Positions 40,663-56,900 of a stretch of 64,000 nt of DNA are shown piece after piece. This DNA comes from the human T2T-CHM13v2.0 reference genome, Homo sapiens. Numbering within the stretch: the first letter of the stretch is position 1; the number at the start of each line of letters is the position of its first letter. Position numbers and translations under genes: made by a program. The notes under the pieces were generated by a model, which was not told the DNA's origin, searched no databases, and saw nothing but the letters and a program-made list of their open reading frames with translations. The stretch lies in the NCBI RefSeq assembly GCF_009914755.1, contig NC_060934.1, one strand, 5' to 3'.

Positions 40663-42420
40663 TCTAATCTGGGACTTGATTTTATATACGTACAGCTACT
40701 TCCAACAGCTTGAAAAGAATAGAGACAGCGCACAGAGCCCCAGAATAAATGCCTGGCCTTATTTCTTTGTACTTTGCAGATCCACTAGCAGAGCCACGTT
40801 TCTCCAATTTTTCAACAGCTCCTTCTCTTCTCAATCTCTATTAATGTCACTTCTCTTCAAATGCACCCTCTACATTATTGCAAAGGGTGCAGAAGGCTCT
40901 TCAGAAAGCCAGAAAGGATAAACACTGAGTCGCTGATACTTCCGTTCAAGGGGAAGAAAGTGGGATAAACTTGACCCTGACATTAACTTCAGTCTAGAAT
41001 CCCATGACACTCCTGGGAGCTCAGAACACAACAAGCACGAAGTTTCTGTAAAAAGACCAATGTTTCTGGAGAGGGAGCAATAGGAAAACACATCAGAAAG
41101 GCCATCCTCCACATCCTCTCATTTCCTCCTGGAGTCCCTCCAACTCAGTTTCCGTTCTAACCAATTATCTGAAATGGCCTTCAGAAAGACTTCCAGTGCA
41201 CACGCATGGCCAAGTCCAACGGTTTCTGCACTGGTCCAGGCTTCACTGATCTTTCCACTGCATTTAAGACAGTTAACTCCTTCCTCCTCCCCACACTTTC
41301 TGGTCTTGATTTCTAAGTGTCACTGTAAACTGATTTACACTGGGCCATGAGGATCCTTCTAGAACAGGGCCTCTGCAGTTCTTCAGGAGTTTAGGGAGCC
41401 AGAGGGCCCTCAGCTGGTCTTTATTCTGTTCCAACTACATGCTCACTTCTTTAGAACCAGAAGCATCTATATAGGTTACCCAGCCCATTTTCCTGGTTTT
41501 CCAGCTGTGTTGGAAGGAGGTTCCATGAGCCCCCTCCAGCCACTGTGCTGGCACCCACCTATGCACTCCCCAACTTTCAATTCAACCTGGGTCAAATTTC
41601 AATGGGGAAAAAAACTCCGCAGGGCTCCTATACACTCAGAGGGGTTGGCTGGGCAGTATGGCAGGCAAGGGAAAGGCAGCAAGGCTTCCGGAAAGAATAT
41701 TATATCTAAAACACAGGCCTGATGATACAGCTCAAAAACATTTCTTTAGTACCTACTTTGCACCCAGGAAAGTGCTTGGCCCAGGGGAGACCAACATGAT
41801 CAGACAGGATTGCTGTCTTTGAGGCCAACACAGGGCTGTAGGGTGGCAGATGTGGTCCATTTAAATATAGTACAATGGGATAACCCTTCTGCTAGCAATC
41901 TGGCTTAAGTGTCATGGGAGCACAAAAGGAAAAGGAATAAATTCTGCATGACAGAGAGAATAAGGAATGAATAAATACCAAAATTTTCCAATGTTCAATG
42001 ACATACCTTCTAAAATCACCTCAAATGTCACACTTTTGGAAACACTGATCTAAAAATTCAAGTCCTAATTTAATGTGCCATAAGACCCTGCAGGATCATG
42101 TCCCAGTTATTTTTCCAGTCTCATCTCCCTCACATCCTCCCATGAGCCCTAAACTCCACATGTACCACACTTGCTATTCCTACTGAATTCTGACAAGAGT
42201 TCCCATTTCTAAGCCTTTAACCTTGTTGCTTCCCACTAATGCCCTTTCCCTCATCTCCCCAAATTTAAGGCCAATCCCAATAGCCAGATGCATTGGCCCA
42301 ACAAAAACTAAAGGTTTTTATTTTCATCTACTTTTTATTTTATTTTATTTTCTGTAGTTACACTGGCTAGAAATAGTTTTGGTTTTGATCCCTATTAAAA
42401 GTCATGAAGATGAAGAACTC

Positions 42421-42709
42421 TTTTATTTTGGAGACAGAGTCTTGCCCCCTCATCCAGGCTGGAGTGCAGTGGCACAATCTCGGTTCACTGCAACCTCCAC
42501 CCCCTGGGTTCAAGTGATTCTCGTGCCTCAGTCTCCTAAGTAGCTGGGATTATAAGCACGTGCCACCTTGACTACTTTTTGTATTTTTAGTAAAGATGGG
42601 GTTTCACCATGTTGGCCAGGCTGGTCTTGAACTCCTGACCTCAAGTGATCCACCCGCCTCGGCCTCCCAAAGTGCTGGGATTTACAGGCGTGAGCCACCA
42701 CACCCAGCC
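42421..42709 (-). mobile_element. Alu, TSD aagaactc
   Basis: Reverse Alu consensus. Confidence 0.94.
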
Positions 42710-43682
42710 AAGAACTCATTTTAATAAGACCTATTTATGATCACAATATTCAGAAAGCCCATGCCCAAACTCCACTACCAATATCAAACTCTCGTTCCAG
42801 GTCCATGCCAGAGAAGGGGCAGATCTGGAGCTAGAACATTCACCACCAATAAATCTGCAATCATTTTTTTTTTTACCTTTTATACTTGAGTGGAGCTTTT
42901 AAATAAATATAAAATGTTGACTTCCAACCCAATAAGCAAATTCAGCCCCCCAAACAGTTTCAAGTCTTATAAATGCAGTATTATTTGTGCTTCAAACAAC
43001 AGAATTTAGGGGATAATTTGTAATTATATATTACATTGTCTAACATATTAAAATGCATGGCTTGCAGCAAACAAGATAGACGGGTTAATATCCTTAATCT
43101 AATGTAATCATACTAATTGCCAAGAAAAATATTTTTAGATACGTGAAGAAATGATTCCCAGAAGACAAAATGCAAATAATAAACAAATCTATGAGAAAAC
43201 GTTTACTTAACCCAACTAGTTAAAAAATATATTAAAATAATGACTAACCATTTTTTCTACTTCTTATATTAGTCCAAAAATTTTTTAAAACTAACAATGT
43301 GGGCAAATGCAAAGACATTGGCTTTTTCCTACACAGCCAATGACACTACATTTTTATCATTATCTTCAGCAATACACACCAAGAGCTATGCACCTCGTAT
43401 CCCTGTGCTTTAGGAGAATCTAGTCTAAAGAAAGAAGCTTGAATGACAATAATGCTATACATACAGAGATGTTTACCATAGCTTTATTAGTAATAGTGAA
43501 AGCCTTGAAATCCTCTGGTGTTCAATAACACAGGGGCTAATTACCTGACCACATACCCACTGTGGGGACTGTTGAACAGTTATGAGAATAACTAACATAG
43601 ACCATACAACATGGGAAAAGACTTCTCGTAAGATTAGGTGACTACAGCAGGGTATAAGTCTGTGTGACATTTGTGATTACAA

Positions 43683-43976
43683 TTTTTTTTTTTTTTGAGA
43701 TGGAGTCTCACTCTGTTGCCTAGGCGGAGTGCAGTGGCACGATCTCTGCTCACTGCAACCTCTGCCTCCTGGGTTCAAGCGATCCTCCTGCCTCAGCCTC
43801 CTGAGTAGCTAGGACTACACGCACACACCACCACGCCTGGCTAATTTTTGTATTTTTAGTAGAGACAGGGTTTCACCATGTTGGCCAGGCTAGTCTCAAA
43901 CTCTTGACCTCAAGTGATCTGCCTGCCTCAGCCTCCCAAAGTGCTGGGATTACAAGCATGAGCCACTGTGCCCGGC
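43683..43976 (-). mobile_element. Alu within probable old L1 sequence (about 43070-44130)
   Basis: Reverse Alu flanked by tgtgattacaatt and tgtggttataatt. Confidence 0.93.
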
Positions 43977-46148
43977 TCTGTGGTTATAATTATATAATAG
44001 GCAAAACGCATGTATATAGTAAAAAGAAAATATATCCAAATTCTAATAGTGATTGTGGTAGCATAGAATTATGGGTAACTTCTTTTTTCTATTTTCTAAA
44101 CTGTTTATAATGTGCTTATAATACATTTCTTTGCTAATGACAAATATCCTTTTTAGCTCCTACGTGACATTTGATATGCAATTGTGTAATATTTAGAACC
44201 TGAAAGAAAAAATTCTAGGAGACAAGCTAAAAACGCCACTGACAGTCATGTCCATTAGAACATGGCAGAGCCACCTGATGCCATCTTCCACGGAACTTGT
44301 GGGATTCTAACATTCACCATCAGTGACTGCTTTTGTTTAATGAAAGCCAAACTACTCCCATGAAGTTCCTCAGGAGGATGAAGGGGGCAATAAACGGACT
44401 CGACTGTTCAGCCAGATTTCCTAAAGAAGCAATCGCACCAAAACATTTCATCTTAAAATAGTCAGCAGGAGCTGCCAGGTGACAACACACAAACTACCCC
44501 CATTGCTCCCAGTGCCTGCTCACTGCCAAGTCCCTGCTTCTAACCCAGCTTCATGGCATTCCAGAGCCCTGAACTCCTTCTCAAATCCTTTATATGTAAA
44601 ACTCTGGGCACACACAGTTTCTAAAATACGCAGTTAACCAAGACAAGTCTTAAATGCAAAAACTAGCCTATTCGTGTTTCCCAAATATGGTTGTGTCTAC
44701 AGAACCAAAACAAAGCTGTCTAATTGTGGCATTCAGCACATTTGGAGCCTTCTCCTTAGACAATCCAGATAACTCAAAATAGGGCAGATTCCGAAATTCA
44801 TGAGATAAAAGCAAGACATCTTAACTCTGTTTAAATCATAAATATATAACCTCAAAATAATAAACACAAGCCCAGGACACAGAGCCATTTTTCTTCTGAA
44901 GCAGTCGCTATACAATGTCTACCAGTGAGAGGCCATGAATGAAAGCATTTTGGATTCTCAGGAGAATCAAGGTAGGGCCATAGTCCACAATATAGGTAAA
45001 CGAGATGAAGAAGTACTGTGTATGGCTGGGAAAAAAAATGTTAAAAAGCTGAAAAGCAGTCTGTTAGAGCTTGAAAATGGGAAAGCAGGGTGGGTTTGAT
45101 ATGGCAGGAGAGGTCTCTGCTCTTACAGACAGTCCACAGTTCCCTCTCAACTTTCCTTTTAAACCACAAAATCCCTGAGGCTATGTATTTACCACATCAT
45201 ATATTATACAGACATCTGCAGTACAGACCCATACCATGCTCAGGAATGAGGGAACAGAGGCTCCATTCAGTAAAAAGACTTTGGGTCTTTAGCAAACACA
45301 TAACTTAAATACTTCAGTTCATAATACTGGCTTGTTCAGGAATTGCTTATTTTCCTTAAGAAGTTTTGAACTTGTAACTGAATATATACTAACCTACCAA
45401 AAAGGTAATATAAAACACTGCAAACACCATCTTTTCTGAGAAAACCTCTCTTCTCGGTGGCATTTGTTTAACAACTGAGGTGGAACACATATATACAGGC
45501 CCAAAATCAATAAGCCCTGAGCACAGGCTCTGAGGCCATGGACCAAATCAGATCATTAGCACCTCACTGTAATAAATGCAAGACCTTGGCTCCCATCACT
45601 CATCCAGTGAACATATCACATTAGCTACTTTTATCTATCCTTGTTTATTTTTACCCTAATTTTAGGCAATTTTTGAATATATCAGGTATAAAAGCACAAC
45701 ATCCAACCACTGAAATTACAATACAAATTTCTGTAATGAGTTTTCTTCAAACCAAGATAAAACCACTAAAACATTCAACATAATATCAAGCTCACAGCAA
45801 AAATTCAATGAAAGTATTTTTTTAAATCTATATTGTCTTCCAGACTACCTAGAAATAGGTTGGCATTATACATTTATATATTAATATATAAAAATTAGTC
45901 TCTCTGTGTTTATATTTACACAAACACACATATAAACACACACACACACAATTTGCCTATATTATAGGCTTACAAGGACTCTGGCTCAGTTGGCATCTGG
46001 CACACACTTCTGACTTGAGTTGTATATGTGCCTGGTGGCTGCAGGAAAGCAACAAAAAGCCGGGTAAGAAGAACTCAATTTGAATCCAAACTTTGGCAGG
46101 GCTGTGCAAATTGAGAAGTCCCTTAATTTGTCAGCCTCGGTTTACTCA

Positions 46149-47084
<936 letters not shown>

Positions 47085-48224
47085 TATATATGAAACACTG
47101 TAAATTGTTGTGTTATAAAAGGAAAAGTATTCTAGCAAAGGTATTGGGTCTATTCTTTGTTATCCTTTGTTTATTAACAGACTAATGAATGTGATCATTG
47201 TATATCTGATTATGAGGTTGATATTACCAATACTTACCTGTACCAAACATCAGGTTTTATGAACTGAAGCAGGATTCAAGAACCAAACAGTCAGTTTCCA
47301 GGTCTGCCTTCCTATGCCAAGTCTGGCAATGAAGGACATTCTTGATAAAAAAGCATCATGTTTTAAAAGCCTTCACAGTTGCTCCCTCCTTAGGTTCAGG
47401 TGCCAAAGAACCAAACCATTATTATCAAAACACACTGATTGTGTATGCATTCTGTGCAAGGCCCTGTGCTCACACTACAGAAGCAGAGGAGAACCATCTC
47501 TTCATTTCCTAAATGCTCACTGTGAACCAGCCACTTGACACATCATGTCATTTTTAATCCTCAGAACACCTAGTAAGGTTTCTACACCTATTCTGCCAAT
47601 GGAGAAACTGAGCTTCAGTAAAAGTTAGAAGGCTCATTGAAAAGTCTTGCAGAAGCAAGCGGGAAGGCTGGAATACAGGTCCTGGCTCCGGCTCCTCAAC
47701 CCAGGCTCCTTCCACTTTGCCACATGAACCCAGCCAAGGAGACACAAAACAGTCCCTGCCTGCAGCAAGATGCTCTTGTGTACAAAGGTTGCTTGGAGAA
47801 TATACAGACCTAAAACAAAGACAAACGGATCCTCTTTGGGTGCTTTTTCATCCAGCTGTGGCAATAAAATTATTGAAGTTATCAATCAAGATAAGAGATG
47901 GTGCTTGCCCTCAGAGACTTTATATTCTAATTGGAGAGATAAGGCTAACCCTTGAAACCCTGATGAGCCACTACAAACAGCATGGAAGAGTATCCATGGA
48001 CTGCCCTCTACTGCAGGAATCTTCCAGCTAAGAGAATGCCAAGCTTCACAACTTACCTGGGAAACACCCAGGCACATGCTGACAAAAGCACCAAATAGCC
48101 CATAGTTCTCATGATATCAATTTCTTTATAGAAAATCTTCATTAGGGGAAGTTAAAAGGGAATAAGATCACCTACAGAATTTTCTAACAGACTTTAGGAA
48201 GCAACAACACCCACCAACATACCT

Positions 48225-48440
48225 AGACTTAGTATAACTTGGATTTGAGTTGCTGTTCTGACGCTTACTAGATGTGTCTTCTGTGGTTAGTCAGTTAACC
48301 TTGCTAAGCCTCAGTTTCCTCATCTATAAAATGGGAATAATAACAGCCATCAATCTCATAGCATTATGGTGAAGATTAAATAAGATTCAGTACATCCAGT
48401 GCCTATTACAACGTTGGAAAATGCTTAATAAATTTTAGCT
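48225..48440 (+). mobile_element. MIR
   Basis: aagcctcagtttcctcatctataaaatgggaataataa...gtgaagattaaat. Confidence 0.78.
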
Positions 48441-48831
48441 GCTTTCAGCATGATCCTCATCATCAATAGCATCTGGGGCGGGGGTCAGAACCACTTTCTC
48501 CTCACGTGGTTTCTCTGAGTAGCAGCAGATGTTCTATTCCCACCATAGAGAGGTGAGTCTTTTCAAGCTAATTAAAAGAACAGTCTCGGTCAGTGCTCCT
48601 TTGAAGAGCTTACAGCACCTTTCTCTCCCTCATGAGGTGACATGTCCGGTCTTTCCCCAAGAGCACAATCTTCTCATAACTTTCCATAAGAAGTAAAGTA
48701 ACTAGTCTCCTCTTTCTCCCCACAGTTAATACTCATGGATGTTACTGGCTAGGTATCACTTCATTTACATGTAAAACTTTTTTTTTAACTTTACCACTTC
48801 CTCCAGGATATACAGAACCCGTCTTCCACAT

Positions 48832-49129
48832 TGCGTGTGGCAGCTCATGCCTGTAATCCCAGCACTTTGGGAGATCGAGGTGGGTGGATCGCTTGAGCCC
48901 AGGAGTTTGAGACCAGCCTAAGCAACACGTTGAAACCCCATCTCTACAAAAGTATAAAAATTAGCCAGGCATGGTGCCGTATGCGTGTAATCCCAGCTAC
49001 TCAGGAGGCTGACGCAGGGGGACTGATTTTGAGCCTGGGTGGTCGAGGCTGCAGTGAGCCATGATTCTACCATTGCACTCCAGCATGGGTAGCAGAATGA
49101 GACCCTGTCTCAAAACAAACAAACAAAAA
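48832..49129 (+). mobile_element. Alu (AluJ-like)
   Basis: Forward Alu consensus with (AAAC)n tail. Confidence 0.92.
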
Positions 49130-49422
49130 CTTGTCTACCATGTCTTCTGCTTTTAACAAACTGTTTTCCTCACAAAGTGTCTAGAGTTTCCAAAGCAATT
49201 CTCACATAGGTAATGTTTAGAACATAGCACAGAACACACACAGAATAGACCCAAGTCCAATTCAGTTAATGCAAAGGGTTTGTATTGCAGAGTATATGGA
49301 AATAACATTATGTAGATGGTGTACACAGACCACAAAATGGCCTTGAATACCAGGCAATGACATTCTGTTGGGCCATGAAACCAAGGAGAGTTCTGCAGAA
49401 GAGAAGTTTTCAAATTCAAGAT

Positions 49423-49788
49423 TGCAAAGGTTTGAAGGTCTCCTCCAGGGCTCATGTTGAAATCTAGTTGCCATTGTGATAATATTAAGAGGTAGACCTT
49501 TAAGAGGTGATTAGCTCATAAAGCCTCTGCCCTCATGAATAGATTACTGTCATTATCAAGAGAGTGGGTTAGTTACTGCCAGAGTGGGCTCCTCATAAAA
49601 GGATGAGTCCACCATGTTATGATGCAGCAAGAGGGCCCTCACCAGATGCGACCCCTCCATAATCTAGGACTTCCCAGCCTCCAGAACTGCGAGCCAAACA
49701 AACTTCTACTCTTCATAAATTACCCAGTCTGTGGTATTCTGTTATGCAGCAAGAAACAAGTTAAGACAGTGATTGATCCAGCTGAAGC
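49423..49788 (+). mobile_element. MaLR solo LTR (MSTD/MLT1A-like)
   Basis: ctcatgttgaaat...ctctgccctcatgaat...ggacttcccagcctccagaactgcgagcc...taagaca. Confidence 0.8.
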
Positions 49789-51109
49789 AGGCAGAATGCA
49801 CTGTAGAGGTGGGGCCCTGGGGCAGAGAGAGCATGCAGGCTGACTGCCTGTGAGCGGGTTGGGCCACAAGAGGGGCAGTGGTGCCCAGTGCTTTTTATAA
49901 GACCAAAAAAAAAAAAAGAAATACGCCTCAACCATATATACCCTCTCTGCCCAGGAGAGGAGCTCCCAGCAAACTTGTTCTGCTCATTTGGCTGTGAAAA
50001 CTCCATAGAAGCCTTGCTGGCAGCAATCATAGGTGACAGTTTCTACATTTGTATTCTCTTGCTTATGGGTAGCAAAAACTACTGCTGAGAGAGAATCTGA
50101 TTTTCTGAGTACACTCCCTAAATCACATTTTGCCACTTTTGTCCACAGTGAAGCTTTTTTTCTGCCCAATTGCCTTGGTGGATGACAAGATAAAATTATC
50201 AGAAAATAAAAGGTGTCGAAAAATCCTTTAGAACTCAAAGACGCTTATTATAACTAAATAAAGACACTACGATATCAACCACTACAATGGAATAAAAGGT
50301 GACAGAGTTAGGGATGTTTAGCATTTCCAAACTAACAAATGTTAAAGAGAATGGTTCTCAATACAAAATGGCCTTGTCGCCACAATTCACAACTTGTATC
50401 AATAGAACACACCATGTTGGAAGAAAAGAACTATGTATTCTATTCCAATCAGTGTAGGATGTTTACAGCAGGGGCCAGGGAGGGAGTGTGTTGAGATCTT
50501 AAGAGACGAATTAAATTATTCACACACAACCCTGTTAGCAAAGAATTCTAGGTGCTCAGGCAGTGACGCTACCACTGTACAGCTTCCCTACATGCAAAAC
50601 GGGAATAAAAGCAGCACTAACCTCCCTGTTGTGAGGATTAATCGAGATAACCATTTACCCACATAGCACAGTGCTTGACACACAGGAAGAACTCAGTAAA
50701 TGGTCACCTATTGACATAATTTGTTTATTTATCCTGTTCTAACTCCAAAAATGAAGTGTGAGAAGAGTCAGAAGTGGAATCCTGGTTAATAAAAGGCTCT
50801 AGTTAGTCACTGTTTTACTTTAACAACAATGTACTGGACCCTGCATGGAGACAAGGGCATTGCCAGGAATGAAGGCTTTTGCCTTGGGCAGAGAAAACTC
50901 AACACAAAGCTTGTAGTGACTCCATCCAGCACCCTGCATTTGTGCAGAACTTTACAGGCGACAGGACAGCAGTGCCCTTGGCTGTCTGCTAAACAGGCCA
51001 GTAATTGAGTTCAATCTCAAAAAAACAAGAACAAAAACAAGGCAATATCATCTTTAAGAATGTTTCATGAGGCCAAAGGACTCAGAGCATCATAGAATTT
51101 CAAGGCTAG

Positions 51110-51207
51110 AGACTTCACCACTATGTAATATATCCATGTAATACAACTGTACTTGTACCCCTAAGTCTATAAAAGAATAAAATATCCCTACCAAAAAAGA
51201 AAAAAAA
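51110..51207 (+). mobile_element. Short L1 3'-end fragment
   Basis: gacttcaccactatgtaatatatccatgtaa...gtacccctaa followed by an A-rich tail. Confidence 0.7.
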
Positions 51208-51675
51208 GCATTTCAGGGCTGGAAAAAAACACAGTTTCCAAATGTCATGGGCTTTACAGTCCTGATCAATACACTGAGATGAGAAAATGCAATGTCCAGG
51301 TACACGTCCTCCCTAAAACAAATAACTCTCATCCTGCCAAGCCCTTCCAACAGGACAAGGGGCAAGCCATGTCAGCAGGAGATGTTACAATTACTATGTC
51401 TGTAGTCCTGCTCTGCTTTCTAGATGTTACACTCCCTGAAGACAGTCATCTATGTGTGCTTGTATGATGTTTGTTCATTCACGAGGGCACTCAAATATTT
51501 CTAAATTGCTTTTAAAATTTCATTGTGGCATTCCCTTCCTCTCTTAAAAAGGAAAAGCCAGCAGTTGAGAATTAAAATCTAAGGTTTCTTAACATTTATA
51601 TAGGTCCAAGTGTCTCTAAAACTAAAGTCATATATACAAGTACTGAGTTGGCGCATAAATTGCTATCTAGCTATC

Positions 51676-51795
51676 TAGAGAAAAGGGCTTTGTTATGTTG
51701 CCCAGGTTAGCCTTGAACTCCTGGCCTCAAGTGATCCTCCTGCCACAGCCTCCCAAGTAGCTGAGACTACAGGCATGCACCACCTTGCTCAGGTC
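51676..51795 (-). mobile_element. Alu monomer (FLAM/FRAM-like)
   Basis: atgttgcccaggtt...ctcaagtgatcctcctgcc...gactacaggcatgcaccac. Confidence 0.8.
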
Positions 51796-53605
51796 AGCTT
51801 TCTCCTAAAAAAAAAAAAAAAAAGAAAGAAAAAGAAAAAAAATCCTTAACTTAAAGCAAGTCCACAAACAAATGTCCTTTGGTGCTTCTGAGCTCATTCA
51901 TTCAGTAAAAGTTCACTAAATGTGAACTAAATGTGGGGCATTGAATAGTGGATCTCACTGTTTAAATTTATATCTTGAATATCTAGAGAGCAAACCATCA
52001 AAAAGTCTGACAGAGGGCATGTTAAGAAGACTATAGAGATGGGGGAAAGGATAAAGGTCCCATACAAGAATCCCCACCTCACCTCCCCTGCACCTTTTTT
52101 TTTTTTTTCCAAGTATGCAACAAAAATCCTTCAGGAAAAACGTAACTTTAGAACTCTTGGGTTGGTTCCCAATATGCTTAAAGGGAGCTCTGGTATTTGT
52201 GGAGTTTGGTGAATATATTACACTTCTGGAGGAAATCCAGCTTAAGAAGCATGTAATTGTAGACTTTTTTCCTATCTGTTTAATAATAAAAGTACAAAAA
52301 TAAATAAGCTTTTTCTTCTGTAAGAATGTGAAGCCTAAGTTTAAAAGATTTTTATACACTAGATTGTAAGGGAAAAAAACTAAAATATGTGTTTTAAGCA
52401 CTTACTAAAAACAGAAATAAAAAACACTTGAACTCTCAGAATGGTAATGAAGCATTTCAAATTCCCCTCTGCTAATATCGCAGCTCTAACAACTAACCAG
52501 CAAGCTCAAATGCAGAGAATCAGGTGCAGGGAGGCCTTAGGTAGCATGAAATCCGGGATGGCTACACAAGTTTGCCAACAGACTTTGATAAATGGACCAG
52601 TGGATAGGGACAGAAAATCCCAGCGACTCCAAAAGTTACATCTACATGTCATTTAAAATACATTCCTTGTTCACTGCTGGTTACACTAAAGTCCAAAGAG
52701 AAGAAAAGGAGGAGCAGGCGGGCTCCGGAATGTGCCCTAGACACTGACCACATGGAAACTGGCTGGAAAAGCCCTTCCTTGGAGTCACCCAGCAGTCAGC
52801 ATTTACTCTTTTAATAGGGACAAGCAGCAGAGTCCTTTCAACGGGGGAAACCCTTCCGTGGCCCCTCAGCTCTGCAACCTCATTAAGTTCAGAGTGAAGC
52901 CAGCTGCCAGGAAAGCAAAGGGTGACCCAGCCATGGCTCTAGCAATTCCTAGCAAAGAAAATAAATTGAGTGCGTGAGAGCTCATAGATCACAGTGCTAG
53001 AAGGGAGATTTCAGGCAACTGCCAGGAAGATAAGGAAATCATCCTTCGAGTGTGCCTCTTCCAATGTGAAGATGCCTTTGCAGCGTTGGGGTTGCCTCGG
53101 AACTGCAAAACCAAAATGCTGCCTAGTCAAGTACTTCTGATCCTGCCTGGAAACAAAGTGTGGTTTCTCTGTAGGATGTGTCAGGTCCACATTCAGTCTC
53201 CTTGACCCCATTGCTGCCAAGGAGGGACAGGAGATGGAGGAGAATGAGACACAGGGGTGAGGAGTCCCCAAAGACAAGCAAAACAGAGGGGATGAAAAGG
53301 AGACCAATGTGTCCCAGCCCAAACATTGTTTCAGCAGGGGAAAAAGAAACACCAATTCGTTACAAGAATCATTAAAATTATAAAGATAAAAATATACATA
53401 TAAATTTATTCACTAAACAGAGGGTTAAAGTTTTATTTAAATCTTATTTCTTCTATCACTGAAGTCTACACAAGTGACATTAAGAAATTATATTTAAGCA
53501 CAGATACATTATGTGAGATCACTTTTAAACTCAAAGAAGTTTTAAGATATTCAAAGTGATTGCTTCTCTCTAATCCCAATTGTCAGTCCCTTAAAAATAT
53601 CTTTA

Positions 53606-53906
53606 GGCCAGTCGTGGTGGCTCATACCTATAATCCCAGCACTTTGGGAGGACGAAGCGGGTGAACCACTTGAGCTCAGGAGTTTGCGACCAGCCTGGGC
53701 AACATGGTGAAACCCCAACTCTACAAAAAATACAATAATTAGTCGGGCGTGGTGGTGTGTGCCTGTAGTCCTACCTACTCAGGAGGCTAAAGTGGGAGGA
53801 TCGCTTGAGCCCAGGACGTCGAGGCTGCAGTGAGCTGTGATTCCACCACTGCACTCCAGCCTGGGAGACAGAGCAAGACCCTGTCTCAAAAAAAAAAAAA
53901 AAAAAA
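53606..53906 (+). mobile_element. Alu (AluJ-like)
   Basis: Forward Alu with poly-A tail. Confidence 0.94.
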
Positions 53907-56900
53907 TTAATAACTTTATACAGAGTACAGCCAGAAACAAACTGACCCCTTTTTGGCTTTGATTTCTTTACTTTAAAGGCCAAAAATGCTGCTTCATGTA
54001 AGTATGTGGTTGGAAGACCCTAATAAAACCATCATCATCTCTTTTGCAGATAACTGAATGAATATTATCTTTACTTTTACCCCCAATGATAATTATTGAA
54101 CTAAATATTAGTTATAATCCTTGATATAACATTGGGTCTCTGTCTTCGTCCCTTTTTCTCCAAATTTACTGTTTTATGAATTCACAAATGATTTAATAAT
54201 CAGAGATTTTCTCAAATGCAAGTTTTCTTATTGATATTGAGAAAGTATTTTAAATGACTACTTGCAATGCTGTTCTAAGTCAACTCTGATGAGTTGGAGA
54301 ATTCGGAAAAACAGCAAGAGCATTTTAAAATTATTCTCACATGTGCCCTTCAACTAAATTTCTAACTTGTACTTTGAAAATTAATTTTATTGCACAAATT
54401 GAAGACACTACCCACAGTGCCTTGAAGTCTCAAATCTCACTCATAAGTAAAAATATGGACCCAAAATCAGTCAGCTTTGCTCTCAAACTTTCATTATACA
54501 TTTGTATTCTCTGGATTTAAAAATAAGTATCTTAAATTGAGATAACAAATAATCTTTGCAAACGTTCCCACTGTATGTACTAGAGGGCCTCAACAAAACT
54601 GCTTTACATGGATCACCTGGGGAGGCACTTATTTAAAATGCGGATTACAAGTTCTGCAGCCAGATATGCTGATTCTGAAGTTCCAAGGGGGCCCTGGAAT
54701 TTGCATTTCTGGCAGATGTCATTTAGGGCTATACTTTGAGAAATGTTGGTCAATACAACCAAGTGACGGCAACACCAAGTATTAAACGCTGATGCTCAAC
54801 CCCAAACTGTCACACAAAGCTGGAAATGTTCACTAATTTGTACCATCACTTTAAATGTAATTTATAATTTGTACTGATCGCGTCAGAATTGCATTAAGCA
54901 GGGAGACAGTTTTTCCTTTTTTTCCTGCAAAAATGTTCACAGTGAATAAAACAATGTGCAAATGTGATTCCACTTGCTGGGCCTGCCAGTCATGACTGCT
55001 GCCCCATCTGCACACAGTCTGGCACAGGGTTTCCGAGTGAGAAGTTTACTAGGACTATGCTCATCCATTAACTTAAATATTTCTAAGCCTGGATGTTTAG
55101 GAAAGCAAAGAATTGAAATGCACCCTACCTTTAAGACTATTTCATATCATAATCCATAAAATGACTATAACTTAAAAAATGGATATATTTGACACATCTG
55201 TGATGCCATCTAAAGAGCAAGTGTTTACTTTTTAATTAGACAGGCTTTGATCTCTAATAGTCCATTAATACTTTATCCTATCATATTATTTTCAAAGGAA
55301 AATTTCCATTTTGCATCAAACTCTTAAATTCCAACTTCTCGATGTGTTTTCACTAAGTATAGTCTTTATGATTATTCAGCAACAGAAAAAGTTTCTTAAA
55401 GAAAACAATTGGAAAAGCAATTAAAACTAAAAAATTCAAAGGCAGCCATTCAAGTATCAAACTTTTTGTAAGAAGACTCTTTTTCAACTCATTTCAAGAG
55501 TGAAGCTTTTTTTGAATAGGTTTTATTTTTGAAAGCGTTTTTTAAACTACAAAAGAAATATAAGCACACAACTAAACATCTGAAAATGAAATAAAAAGAT
55601 CTATAATGTCACCACCCTAACACAATCTCATTATTTGCTGAATTTCCCTGTAATCTTTCTTTATATTATCTGGTTACGTTCACAGTATATGTATAGTATT
55701 GTCTCATAAGTATTTTTCTTCTTGCTATAAAAGCTTTGAAATATGGTTCTAATTCTGCATGTTTTCTATATAAAGAGTTTTCCAGACTTCAGAAATCTGT
55801 TGAACTACATTTCCACAACGACCACTCATATCCTGCTGAACTTGCCTCTGATCCAGGTAATTGCAAAACATTCAGTATTATACCACTGTGCAACATGCAA
55901 ACTTTTTTTCTTTGGTCAGGGAGGGGGCATATACACAAGTTCTCCTTCCCACTTCTTTTGAAGGGCAGCTAAATTTGATGTATTTATTGCTAGGGAAAAA
56001 AAACCCTATTGTTATCATCAAGAGCCTCCCCTCATGCTTAGCACATTACATACAATATCTCATTTAATCCTAGTAGCCTTATCATGTAGGCACTGTTACC
56101 AATTTAGAAAGGAGGCAATGATCCAGTGTCTTCTCTAGGGTCACCCTACCATTAAGTGGTGGAATTGTGATGTATAACCCAATCTATCCCACCCTAAATC
56201 CCAGGGCTCTTAAGAACTATCATGCCTCATACTACAAAGCTGTGCCTTGCAATGCATTTCCCTTCCTTGTACTCACCTCATTTTAAAAACATCTTTCCAT
56301 TGCATTTGTTTGCATGGTGATTAAAAGAATGTGCTCAACAAATATGCCAAGTGCTCATGGAGTGTCTCCTTGGTACCACATGCTGTGCTCAGTGCCAGGC
56401 TATGGAGATGAATATCATCACTGCCCCTCAAGGAGGCAGTGGTCTTATAATCCAACGCACAGAGGGTGCTTAAAAGCAAGACACTGATTTTTTTTTTAAG
56501 CCATGTGATGCCTGGCCAGTGTCCCACTGATGATGGCTGCTGAGAGAGTGACAGTGAACAGAAGTTTGTCCTGAGCCCCATGAGCAGATACAAGTGATCC
56601 CTTCCATCCAAGAAATAAACAGAGCTAATGAGGATGCTTCACATTGTTCACTCTGACCCTTTCACAGCACAAATTCCAAAACTGAGAATTTTTGGTTCTG
56701 CAAATGGAGGCATTAAAAGGAAAATACCAGTTTAAAGTAAAACCAAGTTTTGGAAAATTTGGAAAGGGATTTTTAAAGCCTTTGTATAGTTATACTATTG
56801 GGGTCACCCTCCAATCCCAAATGGCTGTTTCAGTCCAGCTGTTTACTACCTTGACTTGGCTCTGGTCAACTCAAGTGGAAAAGATATCCCAAGTTCCAGT